A DNA stretch of 64,000 nt from Auanema rhodensis (taxonomy: Eukaryota > Animalia > Nematoda): the NCBI GenBank assembly GCA_964057225.1, contig OZ059899.1, positions 17,918,001-17,982,000 on the forward strand, read 5' to 3'. Shown here one piece after another: positions 43,701-56,483 of the stretch. Positions within the stretch are counted from its first letter, which is position 1. Every line of letters starts with the position of its first letter. The notes under the pieces were generated by a model that saw only the letters and a list, made by a program, of their open reading frames with translations, made no database searches and was not told where the DNA came from. The translations under genes and the position numbers were made by a program.

Positions 43701-46099
43701 GTATGTAACTCGCTTCACGTGAAAGATAAAGAGATGCGGTTTTTAAAATTAGATTCCCCATGTCCATATTAGTCTAAAAACAAATTTTTTTTGATATTGG
43801 TGCATGGTAACCATGATTTTGAAATTTACGTGAACTTTAATTTATGCTAATTAAATGTACACGTGGTGTGCACTCGGTATGTAACTCGCTTCACGTGAAA
43901 GATAAAGAGATGCAGTTATCAAAATTAGATTCCCCATGTCCATATTAGTCTAAAAACAAATTTTTATTGATATTGGTGCATGGTAACCATGACTTTGAAA
44001 TTTACGTGAACTTTAATTTATGCTAATTAAACGTACACGTGTTGTGCACTCGGTATGTAACTCGCTTCACGTGGAAGATAAAGAGATGCGGTTTTCAAAA
44101 TTAGATTCTTCATGTCCATATTAGTCTAAAAACAATTTTTTACTGATATTGGTGCATGGTAACCATGATTTTGAAATTTACGTGAACTTTAATTTATGCT
44201 AATTAAACGTACACGTGATGTGCACTTGGTATGTAACTCGCTTCACGTGAAAGATAAAGAGATGCGGTTTTTAAAATTAGATTCCGCATGTCCATATTAG
44301 TCTTAAAACAATTTTTTACTGATATTGGTGCATGGTAACCATGATTTTGAAATTTACGTGAACTTTAATTTATGCTAATTAAACGTACACGTGGTGTGCA
44401 CTCGGTATGTAACTCGCTTCACGTGACAGATAAAGAGATGCGGTTTTCAAAATTAGATTCCCCATGTCCATATTAGTCTAAAAACAAATTTTTATTGATA
44501 TTGGTGCATGGTAACCATGACTTTGAAATTTACGTGAACTTTAATTTATGCTAATTAAACGTACACGTGGTGTGCACTCGGTATGTAACTCGCTTCACGT
44601 GAAAGATAAAGAGATGCGGTTCTCAAAATTAGATTCCCCATGTCCATATTAGTCTAAAAACAAATTTTTTTTGATATTGGTGTATGGTAACCATGATTTT
44701 GAAATTTACGTGAACTTTAATTTATGCTAATTAAACGTACACGTGGTGTGCACTCGGTATGTAACTCGCTTCACGTGAAAGATAAAGAGATGCGGTTTTC
44801 AAAATTAGATTCTTCATGTCCATATTAGTCTAAAAACAATTTTTTACTGATATTGGTGCATGGTAACCATGATTTTGAAATTTACGTGAACTTTAATTTA
44901 TGCTAATTAAACGTACACGTGATGTGCACTTGGTATGTAACTCGCTTCACGTGAAAGATAAAGAGATGCGGTTTCTAAAATTAGATTCCGCATGTCCATA
45001 TTAGTCTAAAAACAATTTTTTACTGATATTGGTGCATGGTAACCATGATTTTGAAATTTACGTGAACTTTAATTTATGCTAATTAAACGTACACGTGGTG
45101 TGCACTCGGTATGTAACTCGCTTCACGTGTAAGATAAAGAGATGCGGTTTTCAAAATTAGATTCCCCATGTCCATATTAGTCTAAAAACAATTTTTTACT
45201 GATATTGGTGCATGGTAACAATGATTTTGAAATTTACGTGAACTTTAATTTATGCTAATTAAACGTACACGTGGTGTGCACTCGGTATGTAACTCGCTTC
45301 ACGTGAAAGATAAAGAGATGCGGTTTTCAAAATTAGATTCCCCATGTCCATATTAGTCTAAAAACAAATTTTTATTGATATTGGTGCATGGTAACCATGA
45401 CTTTGAAATTTACGTGAACTTTAATTTATGCTAATTAAATGTACACGTGGTGTGCACTCGGTATGTAACTCGCTTCACGTGAAAGATAAAAAGATGCAGT
45501 TATCAAAATTAGATTCCCCATGTCCATATTAGTCTAAAAACAAATTTTTATTGATATTGGTGCATGGTAACCATGACTTTGAAATTTACGTGAACTTTAA
45601 TTTATGCTAATTAAATGTACACGTGGTGTGCACTCGGTATGTAACTCGCTTCACGTGAAAGATAAAGAGATGCAGTTATCAAAATTAGATTCCCCATGTC
45701 CATATTAGTCTAAAAACAAATTTTTATTGATATTGGTGCATGGTAACCATGACTTTGAAATTTACGTGAACTTTAATTTATGCTAATTAAACGTACACGT
45801 GTTGTGCACTCGGTATGTAACTCGCTTCACGTGGAAGGTAAAGAGATGCGGTTTTCAAAATTAGATTCTTCATGTCCATATTAGTCTAAAAACAATTTTT
45901 TACTGATATTGGTGCATGGTAACCATGATTTTGAAATTTACGTGAACTTTAATTTATGCTAATTAAACGTACACGTGGTGTGCACTCGGTATGTAACTCG
46001 CTTCACGTGAAAGATAATGAGATGCGGTTTTCAAAATTAGATTCCCCATGTCCATATTAGTCTAAAAACAAATTTGTATTGATATTGGTGCATGGTAAC
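34084..46099. repeat. Large duplicated block, ~34084-38683 vs ~41852-46099 (offset 7768 bp = 44 monomers + 24, with later monomer losses)
   Basis: CTTCAA monomers at 34084/41852, 24-bp insertion at 34937/42705, CATAGTAACC at 35331/43099 and 35859/43627. Confidence 0.85.
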
Positions 46100-47331
46100 C
46101 ATGACTTTGAAATTTACGTGAACTTTAATTTATGCTAATTAAACGTACACGTGGTGTGCACTCGGTATGTAACTCGCTTCACGTGAAAGATAAAGAGATG
46201 CGGTTTTCAAAATTAGATTCCCCATGTCCATATTAGTCTAAAAACAAATTTTTATTGAAATTGGTGCATGGTAACCATGACTTTGAAATTTACGTGAACT
46301 TTAATTTATGCTAATTAAACGTACACGTGATGTGCACTTGGTATGTAACTCGCTTCACGTGAAAGATAAAGAGTTGCGGTTTTCAAAATTAGATTCCCCA
46401 TGTCCATATTAGTCTAAAAACAAATTTTTATTGATATTGGTGCATGCTAACCATGACTTTGAAATTTACGTGAACTTTAATTTATGCTAATTAAACGTAC
46501 ACGTGGTGTGCACTCGGTATGTAACTCGCTTCACGTGAAAGATAAAGAGATGCGGTTTTCAAAATTAGATTCCCCATGTCCATTTTAGTCTAAAAACAAA
46601 TTTTTTTTGATATTGGTGTATGGTAACCATGATTTTGAAGTTTACGTGAACTTTAATTTATGCTAATTAAACGTACACGTGGTGTGCACTCGGTATGTAA
46701 CTCGCTTCACGTGAAAGATAAAGAGATGCGGTTTTCAAAATTAGATTCCCCATGTCCATTTTAGTCTAAAAACAAATTTTTTTTGATATTGGTGTATGGT
46801 AACCATGATTTTGAAGTTTACGTGAACTTTAATTTATGCTAATTAAATGTACACGTGGTGTGCACTCGGTATGTAACTCGCTTCACGTGAAAGATAAAGA
46901 GTTGCGGTTTTCAAAATTAGATTCCCCATGTCCATATTAGTCTAAAAACAAATTTTTATTGATATTGGTGCATGGTAACCATGACTTTGAATTTTACGTG
47001 AACTTTAATTTATGCTAATTAAACGTACACGTGGTGTGCATTCGGTATGTAACTCGCTTCACGTGAAAGATAAAGAGATGCGGTTTTCAAAATTAGATTC
47101 CCCATGTCCATATTAGTCTAAAAACAAATTTTTATTGAAATTGGTGCATGGTAACCATGACTTTGAAATTTACGTGAACTTTAATTTATGCTAATTAAAC
47201 GTACACGTGATGTGCACTTGGTATGTAACTCGCTTCACGTGAAAGATAAAGAGATGCGGTTTTTAAAATTAGATTCCCCATGTCCATATTAGTCTAAAAA
47301 CAATTTTTTACTGATATTGGTGCATGGTAAC

Positions 47332-50300
47332 CATGATTTTGAAATTTACGTGAACTTTAATTTATGCTAATTAAACGTACACGTGGTGTGCACTCGGTAT
47401 GTAACTCGCTTCACGTGAAAGATAAAGAGATGCGGTTTCCAAAATTAGGTTCCCCATGTCCATATTAGTCTAAAAACAAATTTTTTTTGATATTGGTGCA
47501 TGGTAACCATGACTTTGAAATTTACGTGAACTTTAATTTATGCTAATTAAACGTACACGTGGTGTGCACTCGGTATGTAACTCGCTTCACGTGAAAGTTA
47601 AAGAGATGCGGTTTTCAAAATTAGATTCCCCATGTCCATATTAGTCTAAAAACAACTTTTTTTTGATATTGGTGCATGGTAACCATGACTTTGAAATTTA
47701 CGTGAACTTTAATTTATGCTAATTAAATGTACGCGTGGTGTGCACTCGGTATGTAACTCGCTTCACGTGAAAGATAAAGAGATGCGGTTTTCAAAATTAG
47801 ATTCCCCATGTCCATATTAGTCTAAAAACAAATTTTTATTGATATTGGTGCATGGTAACCATGACTTTGAATTTTACGTGAACTTTAATTTATGCTAATT
47901 AAACGTACACGTGGTGTGCACTCGGTATGTAACTCGCTTCACGTGAGAGATAAAGAGATGCGGTTTTCAAAATTAGATTCCCCATGTCCATATTAGTCTA
48001 AAAACAAATTTTTATTGATATTGGTGCATGGTAACCATGACTGTGAAATTTACGTGAACTTTAATTTATGCTACATAAATGTACACGTGATGTGCACTTG
48101 GTATGTAACTCGCTTCACGTGAAAGATAAAAAGATGCGGTTTTTAAAATTAGATTCCCCATGTCCATATTAGTCTAAAAACAATTTTTTACTGATATTGG
48201 TGCATGGTAACCATGACTTTGAAATTTACGTGAACTTTAATTTATGCTAATTAAATGTACACGTGGTGTGCACTCGGTATGTAACTCGCTTCACGTGAAA
48301 GATAAAGAGATGCGGTTTTCAAAATTAGATTCCCCATGTCCATATTAGTCTAAAAACAAATTTTTATTGATATTGGTGCATGGTAACCATGATTTTGAAA
48401 TTTACGTGAACTTTAATTTATGCTAATTAAATGTACACGTGGTGTGCACTCGGTATGTAACTCGCTTCACGTGAAAGATAAAGAGATGCGGTTTTCAAAA
48501 TTAGATTCCCCATGTCCATATTAGTCTAAAAACAAATTTTTATTGATATTGGTGTATGGTAACCATGACTTTGAAATTTACGTGAACTTTAATTTATGCT
48601 AATTAAATGTACACGTGGTGTGCACTCGGTATGTAACTCGCTTCACGTGAAAGATAAAGAGATGCGGTTTTCAAAATTAGATTCCCCATGTCCATATTAG
48701 TCTAAAAACAAATTTTTATTGATATTGGTGCATGGTAACCATGACTTTGAATTTTACGTGAACTTTAGTTTATGCTAATTAAACGTACACGTGGTGTGCA
48801 CTCGGTATGTAACTCGCTTCACGTGAAAGATAAAGAGATGCGGTTTTCAAAATTAGATTCCCCATGTCCATATTAGTCTAAAAACAAATTTTTATTGATA
48901 TTGGTGCATGGTAACCATGACTTTGAAATTTACGTGAACTTTAATTTATGCTAATTAAATGTACACGTGGTGTGCACTCGGTATGTAACTCGCTTCACGT
49001 GAAAGATAAAGAGATGCGGTTTTCAAAATTAGATTCCCCATGTCCATATTAGTCTAAAAACAAATTTTTATTGATATTGGTGCATGGTAACCATGACTTT
49101 GAAATTTACGTGAACTTTAATCTATGCTACATAAATGTACACGTGATGTGCACTTGGTATGTAACTCGCTTCACGTGAAAGATAAAAAGATGCGGTTTTT
49201 AAAATTAGATTCCCCATGTCCATATTAGTCTAAAAACAAATTTTTATTGATATTGGTGCATGGTAACCATGACTTTGAAATTTACGTGAACTTCAATTTA
49301 TGCTAATTAAACGTACACGTGATGTGCACTTGGTATGTAACTCGCTTCACGTGAAAGATGAAGAGATGCGGTTTTCAAAATTAGATTCCCCATGTCCATA
49401 TTAGTCTAAAAACAATTTTTTACTGATATTGGTGCATGGTAACCATGATTTTGAAATTTACGTGAACTTTAATTTATGCTAATTAAACGTACACGTGATG
49501 TGCACTTGGTATGTAACTCGCTTCACGTGAAAGATAAAGAGATGCGGTTTCTAAAATTAGATTCCCCATGTCCATATTAGTCTAAAAACAAATTTTTATT
49601 GATATTGGTGCATGGTAACCATGATTTTGAAATTTACGTGAACTTTAATTTATGCTAATTAAACGTACACGTGGTGTGCACTCGGTATGTAACTCGCTTC
49701 ACGTGAAAGATAAAGAGATGCGGTTTTCAAAATTAGATTCCCCATGTCCATATTAGTCTAAAAACAAATTTTTTTTGATATTGGTGTATGGTAACCATGA
49801 TTTTGAAATTTACGTGAACTTTAATTTATGCTAATTAAATGTACACGTGGTGTGCACTCGGTATGTAACTCGCTTCACGTGAAAGATAAAGAGATGCGGT
49901 TTTCAAAATTAGATTCCCCATGTCCATATTAGTCTAAAAACAAATTTTTATTGATATTGGTGCATGGTAACCATGACTTTGAATTTTACGTGAACTTTAA
50001 TTTATGCTAATTAAACGTACACGTGGTGTGCACTCGGTATGTAACTCGCTTCACGTGAAAGATAAAGAGATGCGGTTTTCAAAATTAGATTCCCCATGTC
50101 CATATTAGTCTAAAAACAAATTTTTATTGATATTGGTGCATGGTAACCATGACTTTGAAATTTACGTGAACTTTAATTTATGCTACATAAATGTACACGT
50201 GATGTGCACTTGGTATGTAACTCGCTTCACGTGAAAGATAAAAAGATGCGGTTTTTAAAATTAGATTCCCCATGTCCATATTAGTCTAAAAACAATTTTT

Positions 50301-53300
50301 TACTGATATTGGTGCATGGTAACCATGACTTTGAAATTTACGTGAACTTTAATTTATGCTAATTAAACGTACACGTGGTGTGCACTCGGTATGTAACTCG
50401 CTTCACGTGTAAGATAAAGAGATGCGGTTTTCAAAATTAGATTCCCCACGTCCATATTAGTCTAAAAACAAATTTTTATTGATATTGGTGCATGGTAACC
50501 ATGACTTTGAAATTTACGTGAACTTTAATTTATGCTAATTAAACGTACACGTGGTGTGCACTCGGTATGTAACTCGCTTCACGTGTAAGATAAAGAGATG
50601 CGGTTTTCAAAATTAGATTCCCCATGTCCATATTAGTCTAAAAACAAATTTTTATTGATATTGGTGCATGGTAACCATGACTTTGAAATTTACGTGAACT
50701 TTAATTTATGCTAATTAAACGTACACGTGGTGTGCATTCGGTATGTAACTCGCTTCACGTGTAAGATAAAGAGATGCGGTTTTCAAAATTAGATTCCCCA
50801 TGTCCATATTAGTCTAAAAACAAATTTTTATTGATATTGGTGCATGGTAACCATGACTTTGAAATTTACGTGAACTTTAATTTATGCTAATTAAACGTAC
50901 ACGTGGTGTGCACTCGGTATGTAACTCGCTTCACGTGAAAGATAAAGAGATGCGGTTAACAAAATTAGATTTCCTATGTCCATATTAGTCTAAAAACAAA
51001 TTTTTATTGATATTGGTGCATGGTAACCATGACTTTGAAATTTACGTGAACTTTAATTTATGCTAATTAAATGTACACGTGATGTGCACTTGGTATGTAA
51101 CTCGCTTCACGTGAAAGATAAAGAGATGCGGTTTTTAAAATTAGATTCCCCATGTCCATATTAGTCTAAAAACAATTTTTTACTGATATTGGTGCATGGT
51201 AACCATGATTTTGAAATTTACGTGAACTTTAATTTATGCTAATTAAACGTACACGTGGTGTGCACTCGGTATGTAACTCGCTTCACGTGAAAGATAAAGA
51301 GATGCGGTTTCCAAAATTAGGTTCCCCATGTCCATATTAGTCTAAAAACAAATTTTTTTTGATATTGGTGCATGGTAACCATGACTTTGAAATTTACGTG
51401 AACTTTAATTTATGCTAATTAAACGTACACGTGGTGTGCACTCGGTATGTAACTCGCTTCACGTGAAAGTTAAAGAGATGCGGTTTTCAAAATTAGATTC
51501 CCCATGTCCATATTAGTCTAAAAACAACTTTTTTTTGATATTGGTGCATGGTAACCATGACTTTGAAATTTACGTGAACTTTAATTTATGCTAATTAAAT
51601 GTACGCGTGGTGTGCACTCGGTATGTAACTCGCTTCACGTGAAAGATAAAGAGATGCGGTTTTCAAAATTAGATTCCCCATGTCCATATTAGTCTAAAAA
51701 CAAATTTTTATTGATATTGGTGCATGGTAACCATGACTTTGAATTTTACGTGAACTTTAATTTATGCTAATTAAACGTACACGTGGTGTGCACTCGGTAT
51801 GTAACTCGCTTCACGTGAGAGATAAAGAGATGCGGTTTTCAAAATTAGATTCCCCATGTCCATATTAGTCTAAAAACAAATTTTTATTGATATTGGTGCA
51901 TGGTAACCATGACTGTGAAATTTACGTGAACTTTAATTTATGCTACATAAATGTACACGTGATGTGCACTTGGTATGTAACTCGCTTCACGTGAAAGATA
52001 AAAAGATGCGGTTTTTAAAATTAGATTCCCCATGTCCATATTAGTCTAAAAACAATTTTTTACTGATATTGGTGCATGGTAACCATGACTTTGAAAGTTA
52101 CGTGAACTTTAATTTATGCTAATTAAATGTACACGTGGTGTGCACTCGGTATGTAACTCGCTTCACGTGAAAGATAAAGAGATGCGGTTTTCAAAATTAG
52201 ATTCCCCATGTCCATATTAGTCTAAAAACAAATTTTTATTGATATTGGTGCATGGTAACCATGATTTTGAAATTTACGTGAACTTTAATTTATGCTAATT
52301 AAATGTACACGTGGTGTGCACTCGGTATGTAACTCGCTTCACGTGAAAGATAAAGAGATGCGGTTTTCAAAATTAGATTCCCCATGTCCATATTAGTCTA
52401 AAAACAAATTTTTATTGATATTGGTGTATGGTAACCATGACTTTGAAATTTACGTGAACTTTAATTTATGCTAATTAAATGTACACGTGGTGTGCACTCG
52501 GTATGTAACTCGCTTCACGTGAAAGATAAAGAGATGCGGTTTTCAAAATTAGATTCCCCATGTCCATATTAGTCTAAAAACAAATTTTTATTGATATTGG
52601 TGCATGGTAACCATGACTTTGAATTTTACGTGAACTTTAGTTTATGCTAATTAAACGTACACGTGGTGTGCACTCGGTATGTAACTCGCTTCACGTGAAA
52701 GATAAAGAGATGCGGTTTTCAAAATTAGATTCCCCATGTCCATATTAGTCTAAAAACAAATTTTTATTGATATTGGTGCATGGTAACCATGACTTTGAAA
52801 TTTACGTGAACTTTAATTTATGCTAATTAAATGTACACGTGGTGTGCACTCGGTATGTAACTCGCTTCACGTGAAAGATAAAGAGATGCGGTTTTCAAAA
52901 TTAGATTCCCCATGTCCATATTAGTCTAAAAACAAATTTTTATTGATATTGGTGCATGGTAACCATGACTTTGAAATTTACGTGAACTTTAATCTATGCT
53001 ACATAAATGTACACGTGATGTGCACTTGGTATGTAACTCGCTTCACGTGAAAGATAAAAAGATGCGGTTTTTAAAATTAGATTCCCCATGTCCATATTAG
53101 TCTAAAAACAAATTTTTATTGATATTGGTGCATGGTAACCATGATTTTGAAATTTACGTGAACTTTAATTTATGCTAATTAAACGTACACGTGATGTGCA
53201 CTTGGTATGTAACTCGCTTCACGTGAAAGATGAAGAGATGCGGTTTTCAAAATTAGATTCCCCATGTCCATATTAGTCTAAAAACAATTTTTTACTGATA

Positions 53301-54371
53301 TTGGTGCATGGTAACCATGATTTTGAAATTTACGTGAACTTTAATTTATGCTAATTAAACGTACACGTGATGTGCACTTGGTATGTAACTCGCTTCACGT
53401 GAAAGATAAAGAGATGCGGTTTCTAAAATTAGATTCCCCATGTCCATATTAGTCTAAAAACAAATTTTTATTGATATTGGTGCATGGTAACCATGATTTT
53501 GAAATTTACGTGAACTTTAATTTATGCTAATTAAACGTACACGTGGTGTGCACTCGGTATGTAACTCGCTTCACGTGAAAGATAAAGAGATGCGGTTTTC
53601 AAAATTAGATTCCCCATGTCCATATTAGTCTAAAAACAAATTTTTTTTGATATTGGTGTATGGTAACCATGATTTTGAAATTTACGTGAACTTTAATTTA
53701 TGCTAATTAAATGTACACGTGGTGTGCACTCGGTATGTAACTCGCTTCACGTGAAAGATAAAGAGATGCGGTTTTCAAAATTAGATTCCCCATGTCCATA
53801 TTAGTCTAAAAACAAATTTTTATTGATATTGGTGCATGGTAACCATGACTTTGAATTTTACGTGAACTTTAATTTATGCTAATTAAACGTACACGTGGTG
53901 TGCACTCGGTATGTAACTCGCTTCACGTGAAAGATAAAGAGATGCGGTTTTCAAAATTAGATTCCCCATGTCCATATTAGTCTAAAAACAAATTTTTATT
54001 GATATTGGTGCATGGTAACCATGACTTTGAAATTTACGTGAACTTTAATTTATGCTACATAAATGTACACGTGATGTGCACTTGGTATGTAACTCGCTTC
54101 ACGTGAAAGATAAAAAGATGCGGTTTTTAAAATTAGATTCCCCATGTCCATATTAGTCTAAAAACAATTTTTTACTGATATTGGTGCATGGTAACCATGA
54201 CTTTGAAATTTACGTGAACTTTAATTTATGCTAATTAAACGTACACGTGGTGTGCACTCGGTATGTAACTCGCTTCACGTGTAAGATAAAGAGATGCGGT
54301 TTTCAAAATTAGATTCCCCACGTCCATATTAGTCTAAAAACAAATTTTTATTGATATTGGTGCATGGTAAC
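47332..54371. repeat. Duplicated 18-monomer block, 47332-50499 vs 51204-54371 (offset 3872 bp = 22 monomers)
   Basis: Monomers with TTTCCAAAATTAGGTT (47332/51204), ACGCGTGG (47684/51556), CTTTAGTT (48740/52612), GATGAAG (49268/53140) and CCCCACG (50324/54196). Confidence 0.88.
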
Positions 54372-56483
54372 CATGATTTTGAAATTTACGTGAACTTTAA
54401 TTTATGCTAATTAAATGTACACGTGGTGTGCACTCGGTATGTAACTCGCTTCACGTGAAAGATAAAGAGATGCGGTTTTCAAAATTAGATTCCCCATGTC
54501 CATATTAGTCTAAAAACAAATTTTTATTGATATTGGTGTATGGTAACCATGACTTTGAAATTTACGTGAACTTTAATTTATGCTAATTAAATGTACACGT
54601 GGTGTGCACTCGGTATGTAACTCGCTTCACGTGAAAGATAAAGAGATGCGGTTTTCAAAATTAGATTCCCCATGTCCATATTAGTCTAAAAACAAATTTT
54701 TATTGATATTGGTGCATGGTAACCATGACTTTGAATTTTACGTGAACTTTAGTTTATGCTAATTAAACGTACACGTGGTGTGCACTCGGTATGTAACTCG
54801 CTTCACGTGAAAGATAAAGAGATGCGGTTTTCAAAATTAGATTCCCCATGTCCATATTAGTCTAAAAACAAATTTTTATTGATATTGGTGCATGGTAACC
54901 ATGACTTTGAAATTTACGTGAACTTTAATTTATGCTAATTAAATGTACACGTGGTGTGCACTCGGTATGTAACTCGCTTCACGTGAAAGATAAAGAGATG
55001 CGGTTTTCAAAATTAGATTCCCCATGTCCATATTAGTCTAAAAACAAATTTTTATTGATATTGGTGCATGGTAACCATGACTTTGAAATTTACGTGAACT
55101 TTAATCTATGCTACATAAATGTACACGTGATGTGCACTTGGTATGTAACTCGCTTCACGTGAAAGATAAAAAGATGCGGTTTTTAAAATTAGATTCCCCA
55201 TGTCCATATTAGTCTAAAAACAAATTTTTATTGATATTGGTGCATGGTAACCATGATTTTGAAATTTACGTGAACTTTAATTTATGCTAATTAAACGTAC
55301 ACGTGATGTGCACTTGGTATGTAACTCGCTTCACGTGAAAGATGAAGAGATGCGGTTTTCAAAATTAGATTCCCCATGTCCATATTAGTCTAAAAACAAT
55401 TTTTTACTGATATTGGTGCATGGTAACCATGATTTTGAAATTTACGTGAACTTTAATTTATGCTAATTAAACGTACACGTGATGTGCACTTGGTATGTAA
55501 CTCGCTTCACGTGAAAGATAAAGAGATGCGGTTTCTAAAATTAGATTCCCCATGTCCATATTAGTCTAAAAACAAATTTTTATTGATATTGGTGCATGGT
55601 AACCATGATTTTGAAATTTACGTGAACTTTAATTTATGCTAATTAAACGTACACGTGGTGTGCACTCGGTATGTAACTCGCTTCACGTGAAAGATAAAGA
55701 GATGCTGTTTTCAAAATTAGATTCCCCATGTCCATATTAGTCTAAAAACAAATTTTTTTTGATATTGGTGTATGGTAACCATGATTTTGAAATTTACGTG
55801 AACTTTAATTTATGCTAATTAAATGTACACGTGGTGTGCACTCGGTATGTAACTCGCTTCACGTGAAAGATAAAGAGATGCGGTTTTCAAAATTAGATTC
55901 CCCATGTCCATATTAGTCTAAAAACAAATTTTTATTGATATTGGTGCATGGTAACCATGACTTTGAATTTTACGTGAACTTTAATTTATGCTAATTAAAC
56001 GTACACGTGGTGTGCACTCGGTATGTAACTCGCTTCACGTGAAAGATAAAGAGATGCGGTTTTCAAAATTAGATTCCCCATGTCCATATTAGTCTAAAAA
56101 CAAATTTTTATTGATATTGGTGCATGGTAACCATGACTTTGAAATTTACGTGAACTTTAATTTATGCTACATAAATGTACACGTGATGTGCACTTGGTAT
56201 GTAACTCGCTTCACGTGAAAGATAAAAAGATGCGGTTTTTAAAATTAGATTCCCCATGTCCATATTAGTCTAAAAACAATTTTTTACTGATATTGGTGCA
56301 TGGTAACCATGACTTTGAAATTTACGTGAACTTTAATTTATGCTAATTAAACGTACACGTGGTGTGCATTCGGTATGTAACTCGCTTCACGTGTAAGATA
56401 AAGAGATGCGGTTTTCAAAATTAGATTCCCCACGTCCATATTAGTCTAAAAACAAATTTTTATTGATATTGGTGCATGGTAAC
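52260..56483. repeat. Tandem duplication of a 12-monomer block (period 2112 bp)
   Basis: Monomers with CTTTAGTT (52612/54724), TCTATGCTACATA (52964/55076), GATGAAG (53140/55252) and CCCCACG (54196/56308). Confidence 0.85.
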
